The notes beneath the pieces were generated by a model. It was not told the origin of the DNA. It did not search any database and was given only the letters and a program-made list of their open reading frames with translations. Of a stretch of 64,000 nt of DNA, positions 19,701-30,252 are shown piece after piece. Origin of the DNA: an uncultured Verrucomicrobiae bacterium (lineage in GTDB: Bacteria > Verrucomicrobiota > Verrucomicrobiia > Palsa-1439); NCBI GenBank assembly GCA_963712025.1, contig CAVQGJ010000011.1:369562-433561 (forward strand). The letters are read 5' to 3'. Position 1 is the first letter of the stretch, and each line of letters starts with the position of its first letter. The translations under genes were made by a program, and so were the position numbers.

Positions 19701-20908
19701 GTGGTCAGCGTTGTCCCGCCGACGACGGTGACATAGGGGTCGTCCGCCGGATAATTGGCGGCTGAGATCGAGCCGGAATACGCGCCGGTATCGCCGGAGG
19801 ATTGGAAGAACGATTGTCCCTGGGCGGCCATCTCCCGGAAAAGCTGATCGGTGGTGGCGTTGACGCCGCCGCTCCACGTCCACGAGGAACTGAGTTGCTG
19901 GGCGAGATCGTCGATGACCATGCGGTTCAGGATGTCGTTGGGAACACCGCGAGGCCCGGCTTCGTACACGATCACTTTGGACAGTCCCGGTGCCATGGCA
20001 ATGGCCATTTCGATATCGAGCGACACCTCATCATCGTTGGCGCCGGGCCGGCCGCGGAACCCGTCCAACAGCACGTTGGTCAGCGTAATGCCGGGGAGTT
20101 TGGCCTGCGTCTCGTAGGACGTGATGTCATTCGTGTAGTAACCGTCGAATTCGAGGAGGCCGACGATCTGGCCGGTGCCGGTGAGTGAAACGCCGGGAAC
20201 GTACGCGGCCCGGAAATCGGACCCCATATACGTGCCGCCGGGCCCTGAACCGGCGGCGGGCAGCGCGTTCGCCCGCTGTTTGACCGGAGTCGGCTTGAGA
20301 CTCATCGGGTGTGGGACGACGTAGTTGTCCAATCCGCTGATGTCGAGCATGGGAACGCCGAGGTCGACGGACGGCTCGACATCCGGCGAGTAAAAAGTGC
20401 GGGCTTCCGTCGGGTGTCGATACACGCGCATGGTCACGTGAAAGGCTCTCTCGATGTCCGCCACCGAAGCGTTCACGTCCAGCAGGACTCGATTCGAATG
20501 CGTGGCGGCGACCGTAAAACCATGCGACCTGGCGAAATCGATGACGGCCTGGTAATCCCGGGGTGTGGGGCCAAAGAGTTCGGCGAACTCCCCAGGTCTC
20601 AGGTAGTGACGGTAATTGGGACTGGCCGGGTCGTAAATCTGGTGGAGCAAGCTGTCGAGGCCGTCCCGGTTGCGCAGCGGCAACCCGATCGCCAGATACA
20701 AACGGTTCGTGCCCGGAAGACGGTCGATGGGCTGCAGCTTCAACTCGGTCACGGCGCGTGGCACGTGACCGCGAAGGGAGTGGGTTTCAGATGCCTGAGC
20801 GGGGCTGGCGATGAGAACCATGGCGGCGGTGACCGCCGCCAGAACGTGTGTGCCATGAGCGCACCGAGTGAAGATCTTGGCGATGAAAAGAGGGTGGAAA
20901 AACGACAT
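16738..20908 (-). CDS. sedolisin (S53) serine protease with prodomain, DUF11, Ig/ASH-like, PKD and HYR domains (+1 frameshift at ~17481)
   Basis: Prodomain IYDPASPNYRHYL; EVSLDIE, SSGDTG, RNIPDVA, GGTSCAAPLW, GYDLCTGWGTP; PKD WNFGDG; GAGG RBS before ATG 20908. Confidence 0.88.
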
Positions 20909-21139
20909 GGGAACCTCGCGCCGCCGCGCCCCATGTCTCTGGTGGGCATTTCGACACATGTTCGAACGGTTTGTGCCTTTAGAAATAGCACCAGCCGTGC
21001 CACGGCTGGTATCGCAGGTCGTTCTGGGGCAATGGGTTTCACGATAAAGACGCATGCGCAGACAGATTCGCCACGAAGGCATGAATTGCGCCAATCCGCG
21101 GGAGAATGGTCGATGGGAAATGCGATCTGGCGATTGGCA

Positions 21140-21484
21140 CTAGAGTTTGAGCTTGCCCGCCGCGAGTAATTCGACGATTTCCCGATGCCCCTTCTCCGCC
21201 TCGGATTTCTCGGCGTATTCGCGTTCGTACAGGGGATGACGAAGCGATTTGATGCTGGCCGTGTAGCCGGCCAAAACGCCGCGACAAGAGAAGACCTGGG
21301 TAACGCACAGCGGTGGTGGTGGCGCGCCCGTTCCTTCCGATAGCTTGAGCATTTTTTCGCGCCACTTGAGGTCCGTCTCGACGGTCGAGACGCGCAGATA
21401 CCGTCCCGGCCACCAGCTCGCCACGACGGTGGCGGCGAGAACAGGTGTTGCGAATGGACGCTCCAAAACCCAGCGGGCTCGCAT
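21140..21484 (-). CDS. hypothetical protein
   Basis: 114-aa ORF preceded by TTGCCC-17-TAGATT promoter-like element. Confidence 0.5.
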   Translation of the reverse strand: MRARWVLERPFATPVLAATVVASWWPGRYLRVSTVETDLKWREKMLKLSEGTGAPPPPLCVTQVFSCRGVLAGYTASIKSLRHPLYEREYAEKSEAEKGHREIVELLAAGKLKL

Positions 21485-21559
21485 CGGTGAACACCAATCT
21501 AGCAAGCAACCGGTGCGCGGGCAAGCTTGTCGAGGCGATTCACACTTCCGCCATTGCGT

Positions 21560-22810
21560 TCAGGGCGCTGTCTCGCCCAGCTCGGCGAGTGCGTCCCGGT
21601 AATACGATCCGCCTTCTCCGCCCGAACCGAGATGCGCACGAATGAACCCGGCGATGTGTTGTTTCGCCTCCGAGGCGCCCGGGAACTCCTCATCGGTCCA
21701 AAAGCGCCGTGCCCGGTCGAAATAACCGATGCGCGCGAGAAACGCCGTGCCGAAGTAAGCCGTCTCTTCCAGGGATTCCTCGTCGCGCACACGAAATGAC
21801 CCATCCGGCTGCAGCGATTTCTTCAGGCACCAATCGAGCATCTTGTGCAGCTCCGTGCGGATGGCCTCTTGTTGAAGCGGCGTGGCGTGTTTCCAGCCAT
21901 AGCGAAAGAGAACGACCACATCCATGTTGTGATGATTGGCATAACCCTCATGACTCAGCCAACCGTTTGGGTATCGCTTGTCCTTGATGGCGAGGGTGGT
22001 ATCGATGACCTTCGGCCAATCGGTGATGTCGCCCTTGAGGTAGCTGATGATGTGAAACGTGATGCTCAGGCGATCGGTCTTGACGATGCGGTCGCCCGAC
22101 TTGAACCAGGCGCCCCAGTAGCCGGTGTCGGTGTTGCGCGCCTTGTTCATGAGGAAATCGAGAAACGCTTCCTTGAGCTGGGGATGATACGGGTAATCTT
22201 CCGGTTCGTGGTGGATGACCAGTCGAAGCAGGTTCGCCACGGTTTCATTGAACTCACGGCCACGATCCACGCCGTCGGCATCCGGATCCGAGATGAGGAG
22301 ATTGTTGAGATGTGCGGTGAGTTTTTCCGGGGAATTGATCTGATCCAGAAAGCGACAGGGATACTTGGGCACCTGGTGTTTGTCATCGAGCTCGGAGATC
22401 TCACCGAACGACGCATCCAGCTTGAAGAACCATTCCGTATAACATCGGCCCCAACTGCCGTCGGTCGCCGACTGTTCGTCGGGAGCGTTCATCGCCGAGG
22501 GATCCTTCAACGTGGCGCGAAGATCCCGAATACGGTTCGCGATGCGGTCAAGATCGCGGGTTGAATCCACGAGCCAGTCGGTCTCGTTGAGAATCTGGCG
22601 GGCGCATTGGGTGTTGTTACCCGCTTTTTCGAGAGCCAGGAGCTGTTTGTTCAACTGGCGAAGTTGAACCCAATACCAGGCCTTCTCCAACTTCCCTCGT
22701 TGGCTGACGATCACAACCCCCAGCACCAGGAGTGTCACGAGGACGGGGATCCAAAACCTTCGCTTCACGGAAGGCCCGTTAACGTCTTGTTTGGGCTGAG
22801 TCAACATCAT
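21560..22810 (-). CDS. membrane-anchored hypothetical protein with prenyltransferase/squalene-cyclase-like repeats
   Basis: N-terminal TM FWIPVLVTLLVLGVVIV; motifs QSATDGSWG, RNTDTGYWG, LQPDGSF; start uncertain. Confidence 0.65.
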   Translation of the reverse strand: MMLTQPKQDVNGPSVKRRFWIPVLVTLLVLGVVIVSQRGKLEKAWYWVQLRQLNKQLLALEKAGNNTQCARQILNETDWLVDSTRDLDRIANRIRDLRATLKDPSAMNAPDEQSATDGSWGRCYTEWFFKLDASFGEISELDDKHQVPKYPCRFLDQINSPEKLTAHLNNLLISDPDADGVDRGREFNETVANLLRLVIHHEPEDYPYHPQLKEAFLDFLMNKARNTDTGYWGAWFKSGDRIVKTDRLSITFHIISYLKGDITDWPKVIDTTLAIKDKRYPNGWLSHEGYANHHNMDVVVLFRYGWKHATPLQQEAIRTELHKMLDWCLKKSLQPDGSFRVRDEESLEETAYFGTAFLARIGYFDRARRFWTDEEFPGASEAKQHIAGFIRAHLGSGGEGGSYYRDALAELGETAP

Positions 22811-22901
22811 TCGTTTTGGCGACAAGGGCGGGCCGGAAGCAGAATTTTTCGCGAGGGGTGAAACGATTTGGGGTGGTGGACATCGAAAGTGGCGGAGGAA
22901 C

Positions 22902-23657
22902 ATGACGATGACAACGAATACATCCACGAAGAAGCTTGCGGGCAAGGTGGCGGTGATCACGGGCGGGAATTCTGGAATTGGCCTGGCGACGGCCAAACGG
23001 TTTGTGGCGGAAGGCGCGTACGTCTTTATCACGGGCCGACGGCAGAAGGAGCTCGACGCGGCCGTCAAGGAGATCGGGAGCAACGTGACTGGCGTTCAAA
23101 GCGATGTCGCCAGGCTTGCTGATCTCGACCGGTTGTTCGAGACGGTCAAGAAACAGAAGGGACGGATCGACGTCCTTTTCGCCAACGCGGGCGTCGGCGA
23201 ATGGGTCGGGATGGGCTCGATCACCGAGGAGCATTTCGACAAGATCATGGACATCAACGTGAAAGGCACGCTGTTTACGGTGCAAAAGGCGTTGCCGCTG
23301 TTCATCAATGGCGGATCGATCATCATGACGGGGTCGGTTGCGGCGATCAAAGGCATCGCGAATTTCGGCGTGTACAACGCGAGCAAGGCGGCGATCCGGT
23401 CGTTCGCGAGGACCTGGACATCCGACCTCAAGGGCCGGAACATCCGCGTGAACGTGCTCAGCCCAGGCCCGATCGACACGCCGATTCTAGGCCCGTTGCC
23501 GAAGGAGACGGTGGCGTCGATTGTCTCGACGGTCCCGATGGGGCGCATCGGCGACGCGGACGAGATCGCGAAGGTGGCGGTGTTTCTCGCCTCGGACGAC
23601 AGCAGCTACGTCAGCGGCATCGAACTGTTCGTGGACGGCGGCTTGGCGCAAGTCTGA
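22902..23657 (+). CDS. short-chain dehydrogenase/reductase (SDR)
   Basis: TGGNSGIG, FANAG, YNASK, RVNVLSPGPIDT, LFVDGG; GGAGG RBS. Confidence 0.95.
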   Translation: MTMTTNTSTKKLAGKVAVITGGNSGIGLATAKRFVAEGAYVFITGRRQKELDAAVKEIGSNVTGVQSDVARLADLDRLFETVKKQKGRIDVLFANAGVGEWVGMGSITEEHFDKIMDINVKGTLFTVQKALPLFINGGSIIMTGSVAAIKGIANFGVYNASKAAIRSFARTWTSDLKGRNIRVNVLSPGPIDTPILGPLPKETVASIVSTVPMGRIGDADEIAKVAVFLASDDSSYVSGIELFVDGGLAQV

Positions 23658-23714
23658 GCGCGATTCCGTGCAGGAACGTCTGCCCTGACGAGTCATTTAG
23701 CATGGACTGACACA

Positions 23715-23751
23715 AAACAACGGAGAGGCCGCATTGGCCCCTCCGTTGTTT
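23715..23751. terminator. bidirectional stem-loop terminator
   Basis: aaacaacggag-aggcc-gcatt-ggccc-ctccgttgttt between convergent genes. Confidence 0.7.
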
Positions 23752-23818
23752 CCCAAGTCTTCGGAGAGGAAGGAACGAAGACCTGTATTTTGTGTGTGTT
23801 GAGTAGTCCTCGGTCGGC

Positions 23819-24119
23819 TCAGTGGGCGCGGACGGCTTCCTGCGCCTGTCCCGCCAGACCGAACGCGTGCTCGACGTTCGATCTGGAAGTACTCGTTCCG
23901 GGCTGCCGGCGTTGTCAGCGGCTCGAGGAACCGCTTCAGGTTCTCGACGGAATCCGCTTCCCACAGACAATCGGCTCGATGGCCATCCGTGCTGGGCAGA
24001 TAGGAGATCGCCCTCAAGCCTTTCGGCAGGCGGCCCTCCTCGACCATCGGTCCGATCTTGCTGGTGGTCTCCTCCCACTTCTTGGGATCGGTGATGCTGT
24101 GATGAATCGCAACGAACAT
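23819..24119 (-). CDS. small hypothetical protein (dimeric alpha-beta barrel-like); one +1 indel near 23880
   Basis: MFVAIHHSITDPKKW...ADCLWEADSVE; removing one base gives ...YFQIxVEHAFGLAGQAQEAVRAH*; GGAG RBS. Confidence 0.7.
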
Positions 24120-24411
24120 GATACACGCTCCTTTGGTTATGATGGACTGACTTCCACCCTCGCAGTTGACTCGTACTGCTCCCGTTGAACCAGAAAAACA
24201 CTAGCACACGCTGGCCACCGCGCAATTGGAACGCGGGATGATTTTTGTATAGGAAGAATGCCTAGGGCGGCGGGAGCCAGAAAACAGAATTCATGAGACA
24301 GAAGGCGGAAGGCCCCTGCCCTGTCGAGGACGCAACGAGGCACATCAACACTTGTTCTTGTGGGGTCAACACCCCATAGCATTCCGCCTCTGTCTCCCCT
24401 ACTGTTCTTCC

Positions 24412-24594
24412 ATGAATCGTACTTTAAAATGGTCGGCTTTGAAACTGGCGGTATTATTGGTCGCGGTCGGTGCGTTTTGTACCGGGTGCTTCTTCTGGGG
24501 AGGGGACGATCATGGTCGAGGTGATCACCATGACGATCAAGACCACCATGACCAAGATCACCACGACCAGGACCATCACGACGACCATAACTAG
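24412..24594 (+). CDS. 60-aa His/Asp-rich putative lipoprotein
   Basis: MNRTLKWSALKLAVLLVAVGAFCTGC (lipobox-like) followed by DDHGRGDHHDDQDHHDQDHHDQDHHDDHN; TACTGT 6 nt upstream. Confidence 0.7.
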   Translation: MNRTLKWSALKLAVLLVAVGAFCTGCFFWGGDDHGRGDHHDDQDHHDQDHHDQDHHDDHN

Positions 24595-24685
24595 CATCCG
24601 CAGGCAACCAGCACGGGTTTTGCCACGTGGCGAAGAATCGGGCGATAATTCATTGTCCCGTAGTCGTGGTAAATAGAAAGGCGCT

Positions 24686-24922
24686 ATGACTCGAAGCGAA
24701 ACACAGTATCGAAACCACAAGATTGTGATCCGGGACGAGGTCGAAATCGCGTCCCATGGCGTCATGTTGACGTTGGACCGGCCGCCGCGAGGCAAGCGGA
24801 TCATCGAAGTGGACGACGTGGATGTGACGAGTCGTTGCCGTGTGACCGACACCGACGAACAGAAGACGGAGACGGCCATGCGGTTTATTGATCGTGTCTA
24901 CCCGAAACGCGGAAGCTCGTAG
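24686..24922 (+). CDS. hypothetical protein
   Basis: 78-aa ORF with AAAGG upstream and host-like codon use. Confidence 0.55.
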   Translation: MTRSETQYRNHKIVIRDEVEIASHGVMLTLDRPPRGKRIIEVDDVDVTSRCRVTDTDEQKTETAMRFIDRVYPKRGSS

Positions 24923-24951
24923 GCAGAAGGCAACGACACAGCCCCCTCCCC

Positions 24952-25440
24952 TTACTTCTCCGCCTCAAACTTCTGGCTGAACCGCAGCACGCACTGTCCG
25001 CAGCCTTCACAGATCTGCTGCTGAAGCTCGAAATGGATGTCGCCGAACTCGGCGGCCCAGACTGCGTACTCCGTTCCGCAAATCCGTCGGCCCACGGTCC
25101 CCGAGAGATGTTCCCGGCCGGACTTCACCATTTGGTCGTGCCACGGGCAGCGTTTGACCAGAATGTTGAAGCCATCGCCGGTCGTCTGGGTCTCGAATTC
25201 AAACTCCTCGAGAGCCAGCCTTGTCGTCAGGCATTCCCGGAGCGCGTCGATTCCCCGGTCGGCATTCAGCATGGCTTTGAGCATTCGGGCCTGAATCTTT
25301 GGCAGGACTTTCCAAACGTGATCGTCAACTTCCAAAGCGGCTTCCAACCCGTGCTTCTCCTCGACCTTCACAAACCACAACCCGTCGACTGCCGTGTAGC
25401 AGCGCCGGAAGTATTGAGCCACTTGTTTATCCGTCAACAT
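24952..25440 (-). CDS. DUF6125-like (V4R/HNOX-type fold) protein
   Basis: YTAVDGLWF..VEEKHG.EAALEVD; CPW...IC..EY...C...C motif. Confidence 0.7.
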   Translation of the reverse strand: MLTDKQVAQYFRRCYTAVDGLWFVKVEEKHGLEAALEVDDHVWKVLPKIQARMLKAMLNADRGIDALRECLTTRLALEEFEFETQTTGDGFNILVKRCPWHDQMVKSGREHLSGTVGRRICGTEYAVWAAEFGDIHFELQQQICEGCGQCVLRFSQKFEAEK

Positions 25441-25557
25441 TGTTGGTGATCCCTAAAATGCTGCCCGCATTATCCCACGACTCCGGCCGCCCCGACTCGT
25501 CTCGGAAGTAGTGCGTGACTCGCTGGTCATCTGGAATCTCAGACATGGACTATTTTC

Positions 25558-26130
25558 TCAGGCCGTCAGCTTGAGGAAATTGGTGAGGATATGTTTGCCG
25601 TCCTGGGTGAGGATGGATTCGGGATGGAATTGGACGCCCCAGATTGGGAATTTCTTGTGGCGGAGGCCCATGATCTCGCCTTCGGGCTTGGTTTCGGCGG
25701 TGATTTCGAGGATGTCGGGCAACGTGTCGCGTTTGACGAGGAGCGAGTGGTAGCGGGTGGCGGTGAACGGGTTGGGCATGCCTTCGAACAGGTCGCGGCC
25801 ATTGTGGTGGATGGGCGAGGTCTTGCCGTGCATGAGGCGCTCGGCGCGGACGACTTCGCCGCCGAAGACGTGGCCCATGCATTGGTGGCCGAGGCAGACG
25901 CCGAACGTGGGGATGGTCGGGCCGAAGGTTTTGATGATGTCGTTGGAGAGGCCGGATTCGCGGGGCGAGCACGGGCCGGGCGAGACGAGGATGCGAGACG
26001 GTTTGAGGGCGCGGATCTGGTCGAGCGTGATCTCGTCGTTGCGGAAAATCTTCATGTCCACGCCCAACTCGCCGAGGTACTGCACGAGGTTGTACGTGAA
26101 GCTATCGTAATTGTCGATGACCAGCAGCAT
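25558..26130 (-). CDS. trpG: anthranilate/aminodeoxychorismate synthase component II (glutamine amidotransferase)
   Basis: [45 protein letters not shown]. Confidence 0.93.
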   Translation of the reverse strand: MLLVIDNYDSFTYNLVQYLGELGVDMKIFRNDEITLDQIRALKPSRILVSPGPCSPRESGLSNDIIKTFGPTIPTFGVCLGHQCMGHVFGGEVVRAERLMHGKTSPIHHNGRDLFEGMPNPFTATRYHSLLVKRDTLPDILEITAETKPEGEIMGLRHKKFPIWGVQFHPESILTQDGKHILTNFLKLTA

Positions 26131-26228
26131 ACGCGAAACGGTACGATAACCGGGAGCGTTGACCAAGTCAAAAGACAGCGCGCGTTTTGCTCTTGCGAGG
26201 GTGTGGCGCGTCGTGCAATGTACTGACC

Positions 26229-27278
26229 ATGGACTCGGTGCCGCCGTATCTTGTGAGCCAGCCGCCGCCGCCGCCGAGGCGGACGGGGTGGATTGTGTAT
26301 GGCGTGATCGTGACGTTTTTCCTGTTTCTGAGCGTGCTGGCCAACCTGGTGTTGTTTGCCGCGGTGTTTGGAGCGGGCGGAGCGGATGTCATCTCGATGA
26401 GCCATCGCGGGCGTTACGAGGAACGCTACGTGGAAGGCGAAGAGGACGCGAAAGACAAGATCGCGGTCATCTACGTGCAGGGAGTGATCAGTTCGTCGGG
26501 AGATAGCGATGCCAGCGAGGACGGCATGGTGGAGGACATCCAGAACCAGCTCCAACAGGCGGTCGATGACAAGCACGTGAAAGCCATTATCCTGCGGATC
26601 GATTCGCCGGGCGGCGAGGTGGTGGCTTCCGATAGCATTTATGACGCGGTGGTGGCGGCGCGCGAGAAGAAGCCGGTGGTCGCCGACATCGACACGATGG
26701 GCGCGTCGGGCGCGTACTATGTCGCGGTCGGGGCGGATTATATTGTGGCGAATGAGTTGAGCATCACCGGCAGCATCGGGGTGATCATGGAGAGCTTCAC
26801 GTTCGCGGGTCTGGCGGACAAAGTGGGGGTGAAATTTTACACGTTCAAATCGGGCAAGTACAAAGACATCCTGAACCCGACCCGGGAACCGACGGAGGAC
26901 GAGAAGGCCATGGTGCAGGGGATGGTGATGGAGGTGTACGACAAATTCGTCGGCATCGTGGCGCAGGAGCGCGACATGAAGGTGGATGACTTGAAGAACG
27001 GCCTGGCCGACGGGCGGATCCTTTCGGGCAAACAGGCGTTGGACGCCGGGTTCGTGGACGGCCTCGGCTATTTCGACGACGCCATCGATAAGGCGGAAGA
27101 ATTGGCCTCCATCAAGAAGGCCCGGGTGATTCGGTATGAGGAGCCGTTCAGTATCCGCAATCTGTTTCGGTTCCTGGGCAAGAACGACCGGGCGAAGATT
27201 CAGATCCAGTTGACGCCCGATGAGTTCAAGCTGCAGGCTGGGCGGATGTATTTCCTGCCGTCCTACATGTTCCACTGA
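26229..27278 (+). CDS. sppA: signal peptide peptidase SppA (S49, 36K type)
   Basis: N-terminal [43 protein letters not shown]. Confidence 0.93.
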   Translation: MDSVPPYLVSQPPPPPRRTGWIVYGVIVTFFLFLSVLANLVLFAAVFGAGGADVISMSHRGRYEERYVEGEEDAKDKIAVIYVQGVISSSGDSDASEDGMVEDIQNQLQQAVDDKHVKAIILRIDSPGGEVVASDSIYDAVVAAREKKPVVADIDTMGASGAYYVAVGADYIVANELSITGSIGVIMESFTFAGLADKVGVKFYTFKSGKYKDILNPTREPTEDEKAMVQGMVMEVYDKFVGIVAQERDMKVDDLKNGLADGRILSGKQALDAGFVDGLGYFDDAIDKAEELASIKKARVIRYEEPFSIRNLFRFLGKNDRAKIQIQLTPDEFKLQAGRMYFLPSYMFH

Positions 27279-27284
27279 GCCGGG

Positions 27285-27632
27285 CTAGGATTTCGGTTTG
27301 TCGCCGAGCTGATCGATTTTTCCGCCCCACGAAAGCACTGTGGCCAGCCCCTTTTCCTTTTCGGCCATGGCCTTGTCGCCCGCCCGCATGTAATACATCG
27401 ACAGGCTCGTGTGGGCGAGCATGTCGTTGGGAGCGATCTCGATGGCGCGCTTGCCGGCGTCGATCGCCTCGGGGATACGGTTCGCGCGCAGGTAGGCCAT
27501 GCCCAGCGCGTGCCAGGCGTCGAAGTACGACGGATCGATCTCCGCGGCCTTCCGGTAACAGTCGATGGCCCTGTCATATTCCGCCATCGCGAATTCCGCC
27601 ATGCCCTGGTCGTAATGCTCTTCTTTCGTCAT
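27285..27632 (-). CDS. tetratricopeptide repeat protein
   Basis: YDRAIDCYRKAAEIDPSYFDAWHALGMAY...AIEIAPND. Confidence 0.85.
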   Translation of the reverse strand: MTKEEHYDQGMAEFAMAEYDRAIDCYRKAAEIDPSYFDAWHALGMAYLRANRIPEAIDAGKRAIEIAPNDMLAHTSLSMYYMRAGDKAMAEKEKGLATVLSWGGKIDQLGDKPKS

Positions 27633-27829
27633 GTTCTTTGGCGCATCGGTGCAGTCTCTTCTGTCGTCAACTGTTCCCGCTGCAACTTGCGACTCAGCCA
27701 CCAATCGGGGTCATAATGTCCATCGATGTCATTGAATGGCTGGCCGGCACCTTCCAAATGCTCGAACTCGCCCCGCTCCATCGCGTCGCGGATTCGGTTC
27801 TCGGCAATGATGGGAATCGCTCCGATCAT
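27629..27829 (-). CDS. DUF1992 (DnaJ-associated) small protein
   Basis: IAENRIRDAMERGEFEHLEGAGQP...DPDWWLSRKL; ATGA overlaps at both ends. Confidence 0.8.
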   Translation of the reverse strand: MIGAIPIIAENRIRDAMERGEFEHLEGAGQPFNDIDGHYDPDWWLSRKLQREQLTTEETAPMRQRT

Positions 27830-29355
27830 TTCTTCGCCACCAGCGTCAGAATTGATTCCACGAGGCCCGGGATGGTATGCACCTTCGCTTCGATGGCGAC
27901 TTCCAATCCCTTTTCGCGCGCGGCTTGCGATGTCTGCGGCCCGATACTGGCGAATCGCGTCTGCGGATACTGCTTCATCAGCGCCGGAACATCCAGCAGA
28001 TTGCAGAAATTTACGACGGTGGACGAACTGGTAAACGTCACGATGTCGGCGCCTTCGTTGAGTAATCGCGCGCGATGGCCGTTGCGATCCTCCGTGTCGG
28101 GCACGGTTTGATACGCGTCCAAATCGTCTACGATTGCCCCGAGGTCCTCCAACCCGCGTGCCAGCCGCTGGTCCGCCAGGTCCGCCCGGGGCAAGAGCAT
28201 TTTCAGGTTCTCGCAACTTACCGACTTCTTGAATTCCGCCAGCAACGCCTCGGTCGTGAACTCCGTGGGTTGCAGGTCTACCTCCAGGTGCAACTCGGCG
28301 AGTTTCTGCGTCGTCACGGCGCCGATGGCGGCGATCTTCACGGGGCCAATCTCACGAATGTCCTTGTGGCGCACAAAGAATTCCCGAAAGAATGCGTCCA
28401 CGCCGTTGGGACTGGTGAACACCAACCAATCATATTCCCCCAGGCTGCCCACCGCTTCCCGCAACGGCGCCAGACTGGGAGGCCGCTCGATGCGAATCGT
28501 GGGAATTTCCAGTACATCGGCGCCCAGCTCGCTGAGTCTGACGCACCAACTCGCTCGCCTGCTCGCGGCTGCGCGTGACGACGATCCGCCGCCCGAACAG
28601 CGGCCGCTGCTCGAACCAATTCAGGTTCTCGCGCAGCCGGGCCACCTCGCCCACGACCGTGACGGCCGGTGGCTTGAAATCCGCCTGGGAGGCGACGCCG
28701 GCAATGGTGGCCAGGGTGCCTTGAATCGTTTGTTGCCTTCCGGTGGTGCCCCAACGGATCATGGCGACCGGAGTTTCCGGGGACGCGCCGTGCCGGACCA
28801 GTTCCTCGGCAATGGTGCCGATACGTTCCACTCCCATGAGGATGACGCGTGTTCCGAAGAACTTGGCAACGCCCGCCCAATCCACCTGGCTCTCTTCCTT
28901 TGTTGGGTCCTCGTGTCCCGTAATGACCATGAAGGCCGTCGCGACCGCCCGATGGGTCACCGGGATGCCCGCGTAGGCCGGTGCGGCAATGGACGAGCTG
29001 ATTCCCGGCACGATCTCGAATTTAAAGCCGGCCTTGCGCAGTTCATAGCCTCTTCCCCGCCGCGCCCGAACACGAACGGGTCGCCCCCTTTCAGCCGCGT
29101 CACTATCTTCCCTTCGCGTGCCTTCTCAACGAGCAGCGCATTAATCTCGTCCTGCGTGAGCGTGTGCTGTTTCGCCATCTTGCCGGCGAAGATGATTTCC
29201 GCATCGGGCCGCGCATGCTTCAAGAGCGACGGATTCACCAAATTGTCGTAGACAATCACGTCGGCGAGTCCGATGCATTCCAGCCCGCGCACGGTGATCA
29301 GGCCAGCATCACCAGGCCCGGCTCCCACCAGATACACTTTGCCCTTCTTCGTCAT
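27826..29355 (-). CDS. cobA: fused uroporphyrinogen-III C-methyltransferase / uroporphyrinogen-III synthase (CobA-HemD); two indels
   Basis: [62 protein letters not shown] across three frames. Confidence 0.92.
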
Positions 29356-30252
29356 GTGAGAACCTGCTTCGCAGCCCGATTGCCCAACTCTGCCGGGTCA
29401 TTCATCGACCCGGCAATATCCACGCGCCTGACATCCTTGCCGTCGGGGGTGAACGTCGCACCGACCAAATGCAGTTGTCCGCCTTCGACCGTGGCATGAG
29501 CCGCGTACGGCACCTGACAGCCACCACCCAACGCCCGCAGGAAAGCCCGTTCGGCGGTCACGCAAGCCGCCGTGTTCGCGTCATTGATGCCCGCCAACGC
29601 CGCGCGTGTCCCGGCGTCCGCCTCGCGCACCTCGCAGGCGATGGCGCCCTGCCCCACTGCCGGAATCATTATATCGAACCCGATCTCCTGCCAGTGAAAG
29701 TTTCCAAAGTTCTTCCAGAAGCCGAGCCGTCGCAATCCGGCGGCGGCAAGGATGAGTGCGTGAATGGCATCGTTCTCCGCAAGCTTGCGCAATCGTGTTT
29801 CGACATTGCCGCGGATTTCCTCGATCTGCAGGTCAGGCCGCTGCGCCAGAAGCTGTGCGCGACGACGGATGCTGCTGGTGGCGACGCGGGCGCCGTTTGG
29901 CAACTCCGGAATTGATCGGAACGCTTTCGAAATGAACACGTCGTGCGCATCTTCGCGCGGCGGGACCGCGCCGATGGTCAGCCCGTCGGGTAACACGGTC
30001 GGCAGGTCTTTCATGCTGTGCACGGCCACGTCGATGTCACCGTTAAGGAGCTGTTCCTCGATTTCTTTCGTAAACAACCCCTTGCCACCGCCAGTCACAA
30101 GCGAAAGATCGACGAAGTTATCGCCGCTGGTCTTGATGATTTTGGTTTCTGCGCGGCAGCGACGGGTTCGCTTTCCGCAACAGCCCGCGGATAATCTCCA
30201 CCTGCGCCAGTGCCAGCGGGCTGCCGCGCGTGCCAATGAGTAACGGCTTCAT
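29352..30252 (-). CDS. hemC: hydroxymethylbilane synthase (porphobilinogen deaminase); +1 indel near 30158
   Basis: [50 protein letters not shown]. Confidence 0.93.

Noticed and set aside
21140-21200. Ankyrin repeat (AEKGHREIVELL)
   Set aside because: A single partial match without the TPLH motif or tandem repeats.
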